A DNA stretch of 39,017 bases from positions 1 through 39,017 of IMG/VR virus record IMGVR_UViG_3300015242_000011, one strand, 5' to 3'. The stretch comes from a virus. The stretch's first letter is position 1, and each line of letters starts with the position of its first letter. The position numbers were made by a program, and so were the translations under genes. Below, in pieces: positions 15,411-24,707 of this stretch. The notes under the pieces were generated by a model that made no database searches, was not told the DNA's origin, and saw only the letters and a program-made list of their open reading frames with translations.

Positions 15411-17494
15411 TACTGGTCCCCTGGCGGGCCGATCTGCGGGCCCTTCGGTCGATAGCCGTGGCTCGAAAGGATCTTTGCTGCCTCGCTGCGGACCGCCGGC
15501 GTTTCCGAGTTCATGAGGGCCTTGTTGAGCTGGTCGAATGCATGAGCGCGGCCGGCTGGCTCTGTGTTGCCGAGCTGGCGCGCGAGGTCGTTCAGGAGCA
15601 GCTGCTGGTCATCGGTCAGCCCGCCGCGGCTCGCGGTCTGAGCCAGCTGCGAGACGTCCAGGCCAGCGCCGACTCCGCCGGTCGGCGATGAGAGCAGCGT
15701 GTTGAGTTCGCGCTCATCGAGCGTCTCGACGTGTCCCGGTGGCCGCGACGTGTCCGTGATGACGGGCGCGCCGCGATAGCGAGCCTTCTGCCGCAGCGCG
15801 ATGGTGACGTCGTCCTTCGCCGAGTCGATCATGTCGTCGATGCGGCGAAGCCCGGTGCGCTTGTTCAGCAGCCGGTCCTTGTAGTTCTCGAAGTTCGGAC
15901 CGAACAGCTCCTCAACGGCCTGCATCTCTCGGCTCGACGGGTTCGCGCCCATCGATTTGATGAAGTTCATCTTCGCCTTTTCGAACTTCGTCGTAATGCT
16001 CGCCCACGTTTGGCGATCGATCGACGATGGGTCATTCGCGAGCATGCGGCGCGCCTCGCCGAGCACGTTGACGAAGTCCTGCGTCTGCGTGATGTTGTCG
16101 TTGATCTTCGCGGTCTCCTCCGCTGGGAGGCGAATCACCGCACCCTTGTCGTCGGTGAGTGGATGACCGTCGGGGCCCTGCACGGTGGTTGAGGCCTCGG
16201 ACGACTGCGCCTCGCGACCCTTGCCGACCGCTTCCATGAGCTTCACGTGATCCGCGAGGGTCATCGGCTTGGGCGGAAGAGGGATGTCGATGCCCTGCGA
16301 CTTGTAGAGCGCCTGGAGTTCGCGCGGCTGGAGGACGTCCTTGCCGCCGCCGGCCTGCTTGAGCGCGAGCTCGCGCTTCTTCAGATCGAGCTCGCCTTGC
16401 TTCACGCCGAGCTCGCCGACCTTGATGTTGTACTCGCCCTGCTTGATCTGATTGTCTAGGTCGGCCTTCTGATAGGCGTCCTGGACTTGCTGGATCCGTC
16501 CAGCGACGCCGTTCATGACTTGGGCGATGCCGAGCGAGCGCGTGGTGCGCGGGTCGAACTGCTGCTGCTGGGTCTGGAGGCTGGCGAGCGCGCGCTTGTA
16601 GCCCGCGAGCCGCATGACCTCGGCCTGGTGATAGAGGTCGGCATCAGCGGCGGACTGGTCATTGATGAGGCCCTGCTTGCGCGTCAGCTCGGTGCCGCGG
16701 TTGCGGAGGTCGGCCTGCTGGGCATCGACATCGGCGCTGACCTGCTTGTCGATCCAGTCCATCGCCTGGTTGTGGCCGTTGCCGCCGGTGGTGCCGGCGA
16801 CGAGTCCGCCCGAGAGCGCGGCCAGCCACGTGCCCGCGCGGCCGATCGTGTCGAGGTTGTTGAACCAGCGGCCTCGGTCGAGCCTTGTATTCGCGATCGC
16901 ATCGCTGTCGGCGTTGAGCTTCTCGCGCGCGGCCTGCGACCGCGCCATGGCCTGCTGGTAGTTGAAGTAGCTCGCGGTCTGCTGCTTCGCGTCTTCGAGG
17001 TCGATCTTCGCCTGTTGCTGCGCGACGAAGTCCTGACGCCGGTTGTCGAGGTCGTACTGCGCGGCGGCCGCCTTGTACGGGTCGCGCATGTAGTCGGCCG
17101 CGAGCTCGCGCGATGTCTCGTATTCCTCGGGGAGCGCTGGCTGCGCCTGGTCGAGCGCGACATCGTGCGGCGTTCCGGGCGCGATCCCTCCGGCGATCGC
17201 GTCGGGCGCCGGCGCCGGTGGCGGCGGTTGTGCGACGGGCTCCGCGCCGTAGGGCAGCGGCGGCGCGGCATCGACCGGAGGCGGCGGGATCGAGAGCGGC
17301 TGATCTTCCGGGCCCGGCGGCCCGGCGAACGGCAGCGGCGGCGCGGCATCGACCGGCGGTGGCGCCGGCGGCGCGCCGGCGAGCTCGTCCGTAACGGGCG
17401 GCGGGACCGGGCCCATGCCGGGCGGCCCATCGGGCCACGCCTGCTGCCACCAGGGCATGGCCCCAGCGCCGGCGATGTCGTCGGTCAGCGCCAT
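15410..17494 (-). CDS. Large internal virion/ejection-type protein (694 aa) with Pro-rich N-terminus
   Basis: Duplicated PPVDAAPPLP motif, then a long coiled-coil-like Gln/Ala/Asp region. Confidence 0.6.
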   Translation of the reverse strand: MALTDDIAGAGAMPWWQQAWPDGPPGMGPVPPPVTDELAGAPPAPPPVDAAPPLPFAGPPGPEDQPLSIPPPPVDAAPPLPYGAEPVAQPPPPAPAPDAIAGGIAPGTPHDVALDQAQPALPEEYETSRELAADYMRDPYKAAAAQYDLDNRRQDFVAQQQAKIDLEDAKQQTASYFNYQQAMARSQAAREKLNADSDAIANTRLDRGRWFNNLDTIGRAGTWLAALSGGLVAGTTGGNGHNQAMDWIDKQVSADVDAQQADLRNRGTELTRKQGLINDQSAADADLYHQAEVMRLAGYKRALASLQTQQQQFDPRTTRSLGIAQVMNGVAGRIQQVQDAYQKADLDNQIKQGEYNIKVGELGVKQGELDLKKRELALKQAGGGKDVLQPRELQALYKSQGIDIPLPPKPMTLADHVKLMEAVGKGREAQSSEASTTVQGPDGHPLTDDKGAVIRLPAEETAKINDNITQTQDFVNVLGEARRMLANDPSSIDRQTWASITTKFEKAKMNFIKSMGANPSSREMQAVEELFGPNFENYKDRLLNKRTGLRRIDDMIDSAKDDVTIALRQKARYRGAPVITDTSRPPGHVETLDERELNTLLSSPTGGVGAGLDVSQLAQTASRGGLTDDQQLLLNDLARQLGNTEPAGRAHAFDQLNKALMNSETPAVRSEAAKILSSHGYRPKGPQIGPPGDQ

Positions 17495-17495
17495 G

Positions 17496-18419
17496 CTACT
17501 TCGCCTTGCCCTCGAGCTTGCCGAGGCGCTCGGCGAGACGTGCCACCATGGCGGTGTTGCTGGCCGCGAGATGACCCGCGTGGATCGCCTTGCCCTCGGG
17601 CGTCTCGATCACCGCGTGGCCGAGCCCGGCCTTCTCCAGACCCTGCGCCATCACGCCGAGCCGCTCGCCCTTGCCGTGTCGCTCGGACTTGTAGCGGAAG
17701 CGGTAGGCCTTCAGGCCCTCCATCGCGCGATCCGCGTCCTTGCCGCCGTCCTTGATGCCCGTCTTGAGTCGCTCGTCGGACATCGCGGCCATCTGCCCGA
17801 GTGACTGGACCGCGGGCCCGTACTGCTGCACGAGCGACGGCGCTTGCTGGCCGAAGGCACCGGCGCCGTAACCGTTGATCGCGTTGCCGCGCGAGCCGAG
17901 CGCCGCGTTGACGTCCTGCCCGCGCATCGTGCCGAGCAGCTGCGCGAGGTTCTGCTGGGCCTGGTTACGCTCCTGAAGACCGGCGACCGCCTGCTGGCCG
18001 GTCATCCCGTATGCCGATCGGCCCATGTTCATCGCGGCGTTGCGCGCCGCCATCGCGGCGTTCTGCGGGTTCGCACCCGCGGCCATCGAGCGTTGCGTCG
18101 CGAGGTTCTGATCGAGTCCTTGACGGAGCTGCAGCGCCGACACCGAGTTCTCGCCATTCGCGAGCTTGCGGAGCGCGTCGAGCGATTGCTGACCCTGCGC
18201 GGTCATGTTGTTGTAGTTGCCCTGCGCGGTGTCCGCGAAGCCGCCGGCCGCGCCCGCTTGCTGCTGGAGCTGCCGCTTGCGCTGCGCCTCGAGCTCGGCG
18301 TCGGGGCTGTTCATCGCGCCGCTGATCGCGTTCGTGACCGCGCCGCCGGATAGGCCATTCGCCACCGCGCCGAGAGGGCCGCCGAGCGCAAGGCCTGAGA
18401 GGTAATCGCCGTATCCCAT
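17496..18419 (-). CDS. Fibre/needle-like protein with C-terminal peptidase S74 intramolecular chaperone domain (307 aa)
   Basis: SDERLKTGI...AYRFRYKSE...RLGVMAQGLEKAGL... matches the autoprocessing chaperone domain of tail fibres and endosialidases. The N-terminal part is G/A/N/Q-rich. Confidence 0.8.
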   Translation of the reverse strand: MGYGDYLSGLALGGPLGAVANGLSGGAVTNAISGAMNSPDAELEAQRKRQLQQQAGAAGGFADTAQGNYNNMTAQGQQSLDALRKLANGENSVSALQLRQGLDQNLATQRSMAAGANPQNAAMAARNAAMNMGRSAYGMTGQQAVAGLQERNQAQQNLAQLLGTMRGQDVNAALGSRGNAINGYGAGAFGQQAPSLVQQYGPAVQSLGQMAAMSDERLKTGIKDGGKDADRAMEGLKAYRFRYKSERHGKGERLGVMAQGLEKAGLGHAVIETPEGKAIHAGHLAASNTAMVARLAERLGKLEGKAK

Positions 18420-18428
18420 GGTGCGCTC

Positions 18429-21400
18429 CTACGTCCTTTGCGCGGCGGGGAGCCGCTGGTTCAGCTTGTTGGGGTGGCTCCCGACCAGCAGCGCGAGGCC
18501 GGTGAGCTTGAGCGCCTCGCTGAGCGGCGGCCCGTACGCGCCGCTCGAAAACTGGCCGCTCGTCGTGGTCCCGTTCATCGCGGTGGCGTTGAGCACCTTC
18601 GACGGCGACACGTCCGCGCTCACGATGAAGCACAGCAGAGACCCGGCGCTGATCGCCGCCTCGATCTGGCCGACCGTCGGCGCAGATCCGGTGCGGCTCT
18701 GCACGCGGATCCCGACGTTGTTGAGGGCCTCCACCCAGCGCTGCGCGCCCTGGTCCCACCGCAGGTGATCGCGGACGTCGATCACGAACGAGCCGGCGGC
18801 GATCGCATCGAACGAGCACGTGAACGTCACGACGTTGCCGCGCTCACCGAGGTAGGGCGCGAGCGGCGCGAGTCCGGCGTTCCAGTTGCCACCGGAGAGG
18901 CATTGCACCGGGTTCGGCAGGACGGCAGTGAGCAGCGCAGCGCGGAACGCCTCCGACACTGCGGTCAGGCGGACCTTGATGGCCTGGCACTGCTGCCGCG
19001 ACGGCCCGTGCTTGACCTGAAGCGGACCGCCGACGGTCGTGGAGCCGAGGTTCGCGTCCCACGGGAAGTCGTCGGTGTAGACCCAGCCGCCGGCGCCGTC
19101 GCTCTGGTAGTCATAGGCGACGCGGATGCGCAGCAGGAACGCGCTGCGGAACTCGCCCAAGATCATGATCTGCGCGACGCGGCCGTAGCCCTGGAGGTCG
19201 TTGAGCTTCACCCACGTGCTCTCGACGTCCTGCCCGTAGGTAACCCCTGCAAACACCGCCTGCTCGAGCATCGCGGTCGAGCTCGTGAGGTAGGCGTAGG
19301 TCCCGTTCCAGATGATCGCGTCGAGGCCGCCGGCGATGGTCCATTCACACCACTGGTTCACCGATGGGCGGTAGTCCCAGACGATGAGCCGCTGGTCGGT
19401 CAGGATGCGGATCTGGAACTGCGACTCGACGACGTGGATCGCCTGCACGGTGTCGGCGTCGAACGCGGACGGGCCATCGCTGATGTCGTCGATCGCCCAG
19501 CCGCGGTTGAGCAACTGCCAGCCCTTCGAGCTCTTGAACACCAGCCCCATCGGGCCGAGCGCCACGGCCTCCTGCGACACGGCGCCGATGTCGAGCGACA
19601 GGATCCGGCCGGGACCGTAGTTCTGTCCCTCGCCGAAGTTGTCGAGGCCGTCGCCGGCGAACGCGTAGATCGCGTACTGACGGAACACGATCAGCGTCTC
19701 GTTGAGGAACGCGATCGCGGTGATGTCGCCGCCGGCGCGGGGCACATCGATCACGAGCGCGTCGTGGAACGCGGCGACCTCGAACGCGTTGCGCTGCTTC
19801 GAGTACCAGATCCGGTCGGGGTCGCCTGCGACGCCCGCGAGGAACAATCGGGTGTCCGATGCGAGCACGATCGTGGCGCCGGGCGGCGCCAGTGACTCGA
19901 GGAGCGTCCCGTTCTCGGGGTTGCTCTGGAGGATCGTGATCGCCGTGTCCGCGAGCGCGTCGTGGACCGTCGGCAGCGGGAACACCGTGGGGTCGTTCGC
20001 GATGTACTTGTTGCTGCCCGACAGGACTGACGAATCACCGCTCGTGATCAGGTAGAACGGGGACTCGGCGATGGGCGCGACGATCGTGCGCCAGATCTCG
20101 CAGGCCGGCGGCTGCGCGATCTTTCGCGTGGTGTAGAGCGGGTTGACCGTGATGTCGAAGCCCGACGGACCGGCGCCCATCGTGGCCGCGACCACCGTGG
20201 CCGTGGTCGAGCGATCGACGTCGCCCTTCGCGTTGGGCCACTTCCACGTCGCCTTGTAGGCGTAGGTCCCGTTCGGGATCGCGCCAGCGGCCGCCACGCT
20301 CGCGCCGATCGCCCACGGGTAGATGTGGAACCCGACCTCGTAGAGCCCGGTCCCGTCGTATTGGAGGATCTCGCCGCCGGAGACGTAGAGCGTCCCGCCG
20401 AGCCGCGCGCACCGCCGCGCCTCGTTCGAGTCGAACGTGAACAGGATGTCTCGTGGGGCGCGCTCGGCATAGCCCAGGCTCGCGGAGTTGGTCCCAACTG
20501 GGACGAGGCGGCGGATCGTGTTGCAGAACGCGAACTGGTTCCCGCCGATGTTCACCACCCCCGGGAGCCTGAGCAGCGATGGGAGGCCGCCGGCGCTATC
20601 GTACGATGCCTTGCTGACGAGCGTGGCATCGTCGCGGAACAGGAACAGCGTGTTCTGCAGCTGCTGGACGAACCCGGTTGCGCTGGTGCTCGTCGCGCCC
20701 GCGAACACGCCCCAGACGTAGACCGAACCAGCGTAGTCGAAGGCGCGTGACGCAGGCGCGAGCAAGCGCACGAAGTTGGCCTGCGTCCCGAGGGTGTTGC
20801 CGGTATCGACGAAGTTGAACTTCGATGTCCAGTTCACGCCGGCGCCGATCGCCTCCGCTGACGACCAGAACGCATAACACCGGTACTGGCCGCCGTTCTG
20901 CACCGAGCGATGCGCCGCGGCGATGTGCGATACGGTGCCGGCGGCGATCGTCCCCACCGCCTGCGCCGTGAAGATGTCCGCGTGCGTGGAGGCGTTGAGC
21001 AGGTCGCCCTGGACGTTGGTCCCGTTGCCGCGGATGACCTGCGCCTGTGTGCCGGTCGGGTCGATCGATACGGCGATCGCACCGTCGCACGTGCGCGCCT
21101 TCGTCGACGACGTAAGCGCCAGTGCGGACGTGATCTTGACGACCGTGTAGGACGTCGTCGGGCTCAACGTGGTCGCGAGATACGCTGCGTCAGCTCCTGG
21201 GATCTTGACGATGTCGAATCGGTTACTGATCGTCGCAGCGTTCACGATCAGCGTCGGAGCTACGATGCTCCCGGCGACGTTGGCCGGGTCGAGAGCGAGC
21301 CCATAGATCGAGGTCGCGAGATTGCGGATCCATACGAGCAGCACCTTCGTGCCGAGCGCAACGAGCCGCGGCGAGCTACCGGCGAGCCCTGGATCCACCA

Positions 21401-21881
21401 CCGTCGGCGGCAAGATGACCGCGCCCGTCGTCTTGTCGACCGCTGCCAGCTTGACCAGCTGGGCGCTGACGTCGGTCCCGCTCCAGCAGTAGAACACCGT
21501 GTTGCTGAGCTCGGCCCGATCGGTGTCAACCTGGTCCTCCGATCGAGCAAAGAGCGTCTGCTCCGCGATCTTCACTGCGAGGTGCGTCCCCTTGAGCACC
21601 CACGCGCTGTCGCGCGCGGACCAGCTGTAGAGCGCGGTGTCGGTGAAAAGCAGCCGCTCGGGGCCGTTCTCGACGATCTGCCGCGGGTTCGCGATCGATC
21701 CCCCGCCCAGGATCGCGGTCGGCATGCCGGCGAACGGCTTGCGGGTCTGGACGCCGCCGGTCTCGTCGAACTGGATGTCTCGCGCGATATCGAGCGCCGG
21801 GGGCTGCTTCGCACGCGCGTCCGTCTTGCCGCGGAGGCCGGCGGCGAGCGGAATCTGGAGCGGTGCGAAGTTGAGCGTCAT
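18429..21881 (-). CDS. Very large tail/virion structural protein (about 1150 aa)
   Basis: Beta-rich. Lies between the adaptor-like genes and the fibre gene, as tail tubular protein B does in T7-like phages. The start is uncertain (ATG 21881 or 21917). Confidence 0.6.
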   Translation of the reverse strand: MTLNFAPLQIPLAAGLRGKTDARAKQPPALDIARDIQFDETGGVQTRKPFAGMPTAILGGGSIANPRQIVENGPERLLFTDTALYSWSARDSAWVLKGTHLAVKIAEQTLFARSEDQVDTDRAELSNTVFYCWSGTDVSAQLVKLAAVDKTTGAVILPPTVVDPGLAGSSPRLVALGTKVLLVWIRNLATSIYGLALDPANVAGSIVAPTLIVNAATISNRFDIVKIPGADAAYLATTLSPTTSYTVVKITSALALTSSTKARTCDGAIAVSIDPTGTQAQVIRGNGTNVQGDLLNASTHADIFTAQAVGTIAAGTVSHIAAAHRSVQNGGQYRCYAFWSSAEAIGAGVNWTSKFNFVDTGNTLGTQANFVRLLAPASRAFDYAGSVYVWGVFAGATSTSATGFVQQLQNTLFLFRDDATLVSKASYDSAGGLPSLLRLPGVVNIGGNQFAFCNTIRRLVPVGTNSASLGYAERAPRDILFTFDSNEARRCARLGGTLYVSGGEILQYDGTGLYEVGFHIYPWAIGASVAAAGAIPNGTYAYKATWKWPNAKGDVDRSTTATVVAATMGAGPSGFDITVNPLYTTRKIAQPPACEIWRTIVAPIAESPFYLITSGDSSVLSGSNKYIANDPTVFPLPTVHDALADTAITILQSNPENGTLLESLAPPGATIVLASDTRLFLAGVAGDPDRIWYSKQRNAFEVAAFHDALVIDVPRAGGDITAIAFLNETLIVFRQYAIYAFAGDGLDNFGEGQNYGPGRILSLDIGAVSQEAVALGPMGLVFKSSKGWQLLNRGWAIDDISDGPSAFDADTVQAIHVVESQFQIRILTDQRLIVWDYRPSVNQWCEWTIAGGLDAIIWNGTYAYLTSSTAMLEQAVFAGVTYGQDVESTWVKLNDLQGYGRVAQIMILGEFRSAFLLRIRVAYDYQSDGAGGWVYTDDFPWDANLGSTTVGGPLQVKHGPSRQQCQAIKVRLTAVSEAFRAALLTAVLPNPVQCLSGGNWNAGLAPLAPYLGERGNVVTFTCSFDAIAAGSFVIDVRDHLRWDQGAQRWVEALNNVGIRVQSRTGSAPTVGQIEAAISAGSLLCFIVSADVSPSKVLNATAMNGTTTSGQFSSGAYGPPLSEALKLTGLALLVGSHPNKLNQRLPAAQRT

Positions 21882-21900
21882 GAGGAAGAGCAGAAGGAGG

Positions 21901-22239
21901 TCAAAGCGCGACCACATCGACGGTGACGGTCGCGCCCCATCCGGTGGCCTTGAGCGCGATGAACTTGGTCCGGTCGAAGCTGCCATCACGGATCTCCTCG
22001 ATGCGGCCGCTCGAGCTCGGGCCGCGCGGCGGCGAGCACGCGACGAAGGCCGGGGGGCGCCCGAGCGGATGACCGACGAGGGTGATGACGCTGTCCGCGA
22101 GCGCCTGGGCGGCGATCACGGTCAGCGAGGTCGCCGGAAGCTTCTGGAGCTCGGTGATCTTCGCGTCGTGCTCGCGGCGGACCCTCTCCGAATCGATGTC
22201 CGGAAGCCGCGGCGTGATCGGGGCCGAGAGCTTGGTCAC
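21901..22239 (-). CDS. Small structural protein (112 aa)
   Basis: GTG in a GTGA overlap with the upstream stop (22236-22239). Confidence 0.5.
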   Translation of the reverse strand: MTKLSAPITPRLPDIDSERVRREHDAKITELQKLPATSLTVIAAQALADSVITLVGHPLGRPPAFVACSPPRGPSSSGRIEEIRDGSFDRTKFIALKATGWGATVTVDVVAL

Positions 22240-22928
22240 GTCCCGTACCACCAGGGCCAGTTGCGATAGCCGAAGCTGCGATCGTCGTTGCGATGGACGT
22301 AGCGCCGGCGCGGCTCGTTGAGCGCACGCAGGACGGCCCACTCCTCAACGCGTCCACGCGCGAGCTCGCGCTCGCGCATCGCGGTACTTGGGTCCTGCTC
22401 GGACTTCGCGAGGATCTTGACCGCGACGCCCCACAGCATGAAGGCCTCGCCGTCGGGAACCACCAGGTCGACCGTGGTCGAGTCGGCGGCGACCGAGAGA
22501 TCCGGCGCCTGCGGGACGTAGAGCAGCTCGTACGTCCCGGAGACCGGGTTCGGGTAGAGATGGATCTGCCGGCCGACGAACGAGTAGCCGATCGCCTCGC
22601 CCGTCTGGCCGGAGTAGAAGTTGCGCTCCTGGACCATCAGCTCGCGCAGTGCGCGGCGGCGGCCCGTGGTCGTCCCGTCGTACAGGAAGTCGATGCCGAT
22701 GAACGAGAGCTGGTCGGCGGGCTCGCTGTAACTCGCGGCGCCCGTCGCAGGGATCGTGGATGTGCTCTCGAAGTAGCGCATCCCGGTCCCGTCGATGAGC
22801 CCCACGAGCTCGCGGTACTGCTCCGAGATCGCCGCCTTCCATTCGAAGGGCGCGATCGCCGGATCACCCTCGCGATCAGCACGGCGCTGACAGCGGATGA
22901 CCAGGTCGGAGAGGACGACGTTCAGCAC
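22236..22928 (-). CDS. Head-tail adaptor / tail tubular A-like protein candidate (230 aa)
   Basis: GTG with GAGG 8 nt upstream. Called from position and size only. Confidence 0.5.
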   Translation of the reverse strand: MLNVVLSDLVIRCQRRADREGDPAIAPFEWKAAISEQYRELVGLIDGTGMRYFESTSTIPATGAASYSEPADQLSFIGIDFLYDGTTTGRRRALRELMVQERNFYSGQTGEAIGYSFVGRQIHLYPNPVSGTYELLYVPQAPDLSVAADSTTVDLVVPDGEAFMLWGVAVKILAKSEQDPSTAMRERELARGRVEEWAVLRALNEPRRRYVHRNDDRSFGYRNWPWWYGT

Positions 22929-22937
22929 CGCGTTGCC

Positions 22938-23315
22938 TCAGGTCGCCGCGTTGCCGGTCTGCGACGCGTATTTGAAGCCGAGCTTCAGCGTCAGGAACTG
23001 CGCCGCCGCGAGGTCGGTCAGTGTGAACGTGCTGTTGAAGATCTGGATCGGCAGCGTGAACGTCGCCGTGTTGTAGGTGCCGGGCACGACCGTGTAGCCC
23101 TTGAGCGCGGCGGGCGCCGCGGCCTCGAAGCAGTGCCCGGTGCAGCCGACGAAGAACCCGGGGTTCTCCTTCCACGTGAGGTTCACGATTCCGGTGCCGC
23201 CGGTGACCATCGTGACTGTCTTGCCGAGGACCTTGGTCGCGATGTTGGTGATCTTGACGACGCTCTCGACGAGCTCGGGCTCGCTCGAACGCTGCGGGAA
23301 TGGGTCGAAAGACAT
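22938..23315 (-). CDS. Small structural protein (125 aa), first gene after the capsid terminator
   Basis: ATG with GAGGAG upstream. Beta-rich. Confidence 0.6.
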   Translation of the reverse strand: MSFDPFPQRSSEPELVESVVKITNIATKVLGKTVTMVTGGTGIVNLTWKENPGFFVGCTGHCFEAAAPAALKGYTVVPGTYNTATFTLPIQIFNSTFTLTDLAAAQFLTLKLGFKYASQTGNAAT

Positions 23316-23323
23316 GATGTTCT

Positions 23324-23379
23324 CCTCGAAAGGGAGAAGCGGGGCGGGCGCCCAGACGAGCGCCCTGACGCCCCGCTTC
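23324..23379 (-). terminator. Intrinsic-terminator-like hairpin downstream of the capsid gene
   Basis: The minus strand reads GAAGCGGGGCG, a 22-nt loop with an inner GGCGC/GCGCC stem, then CGCCCCGCTTC followed by TCCCTTTC. Confidence 0.5.
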
Positions 23380-23385
23380 GGTTCT

Positions 23386-24588
23386 TCAGATCGCGATCAC
23401 GAACGCGTCGCGCGGGTTGGGCTGGATGAGGTTGCCCATCGAGCGCGTGCGAGCCTCCACACCGTCGGCGTCGGTGTCGCGGAGGTTCATGTTCCCGTCG
23501 TCGTTGATGATGTGGACGAGGTCGCCGAGCGTCCGGTACTGCTGGGCCTCCTGGCGCGCGCCGCGGCCGCGGTTGAGCGCCACGTCGGGGTCCGAGTAGA
23601 CCTTCAGCGTGCCGCCCGGGGTCGCGATCACGATCCGCTCGAAGCCGAACGTGCCCTCGCCGCCGCCACCGTCGTACTCGACCTTGGCGTTCATCCGGCG
23701 CGAGACCTGGTAGAAGCGGACGGGGTTGAGGAACAGCGAATCGACGCGGCCGCCGGCGGCCTGGACGGCGATCGCCGCGAGCCCGGCGTTGTCCTCGATC
23801 AGCGTCGAGGTGTCGTTGATCCGCGACCCGGCCAGGAGCTCGGGGTAGACCGAGCGGTCCTTGCCGCGGAAAGAGTCACCGCCGATGGGCGCGGTCAGCG
23901 GGGTGCAGACCTCGAGTCCCTCGATGCAGGTACCCGGGTCGCCGGCCGCGAAGATGAAGTCGTTGTCGGCGAACGCCGTGATCGCCGCGGCGCTGGTGAG
24001 CGTCACGGTGCCGGCGGCGAGGCTGACGCCCGCGACGGACGTGGTGCCGACGCGCGCGCCGGTGATGCCGTTGGCGCCGGTCGATGCGCCGACGATCATG
24101 CCGATCTTGAAGTTTCGGGCGGTGTCGGGGTCGGCGAGCGTGATGACGTTGGTCGCCGCCGACGCGCGCTGGCCGCGGACACCCGACTGGTCGCGCTGCA
24201 GGTCGAACGCGAGCCGATCGGTGTGCTCGTCGACGACGGAATCGACCTCGCCGGTCATCAGGTCGAGCAGGGCGCCCTTGGTGTCGCCGGAGGCGCGGAT
24301 CGCCTCGCCGGAGATGTTCACGACGCCGAACTTCGACCAGCGAAGGGCGGTGAACTGGAGGCCCTTCGAGCTCGCGGCGCCGGTCTGGGCCTGCGTGAAC
24401 GAGCCGGAGACGCTCGCGGCGTTACCGTACTTGACGGCGTAGCGATAATCCGAGCCGGTGAACCCACCGGGCTTCGTGATCATCATGAGGTAGGGGTGGA
24501 GACGGAGCGCGGCATCGCCGACGCCCTGCGCATAGGTCGCCTTGAATGCGTAGGCGACGGTGGTGAGAGTTGTGCTGGGTGCGGTCAC
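23386..24588 (-). CDS. Major capsid protein (400 aa)
   Basis: Follows the scaffold gene. GTG with a GAGG SD. Size and composition are typical of HK97-fold capsid proteins, and a terminator lies downstream. Confidence 0.75.
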   Translation of the reverse strand: MTAPSTTLTTVAYAFKATYAQGVGDAALRLHPYLMMITKPGGFTGSDYRYAVKYGNAASVSGSFTQAQTGAASSKGLQFTALRWSKFGVVNISGEAIRASGDTKGALLDLMTGEVDSVVDEHTDRLAFDLQRDQSGVRGQRASAATNVITLADPDTARNFKIGMIVGASTGANGITGARVGTTSVAGVSLAAGTVTLTSAAAITAFADNDFIFAAGDPGTCIEGLEVCTPLTAPIGGDSFRGKDRSVYPELLAGSRINDTSTLIEDNAGLAAIAVQAAGGRVDSLFLNPVRFYQVSRRMNAKVEYDGGGGEGTFGFERIVIATPGGTLKVYSDPDVALNRGRGARQEAQQYRTLGDLVHIINDDGNMNLRDTDADGVEARTRSMGNLIQPNPRDAFVIAI

Positions 24589-24707
24589 GACGAACCTCGG
24601 AACCGAGCGCTGATGCGCTCTTGCTTGCGGTCATTGGTTCCGTCGATCTCGCCGGTGACTGGGTATGGACTTGGGCCACGCTTCGGCGCGCGCGGCTGCG
24701 CTGGGAA

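Noticed and set aside
24605-24620. GAGCGC-tgat-GCGCTC hairpin between the scaffold and capsid genes as a terminator
   Set aside because: On the transcribed (minus) strand it is followed by GGTTCC rather than a U-tract, and it has only a 6-bp stem. It could modulate the scaffold:capsid ratio, but that is not supportable from sequence alone.
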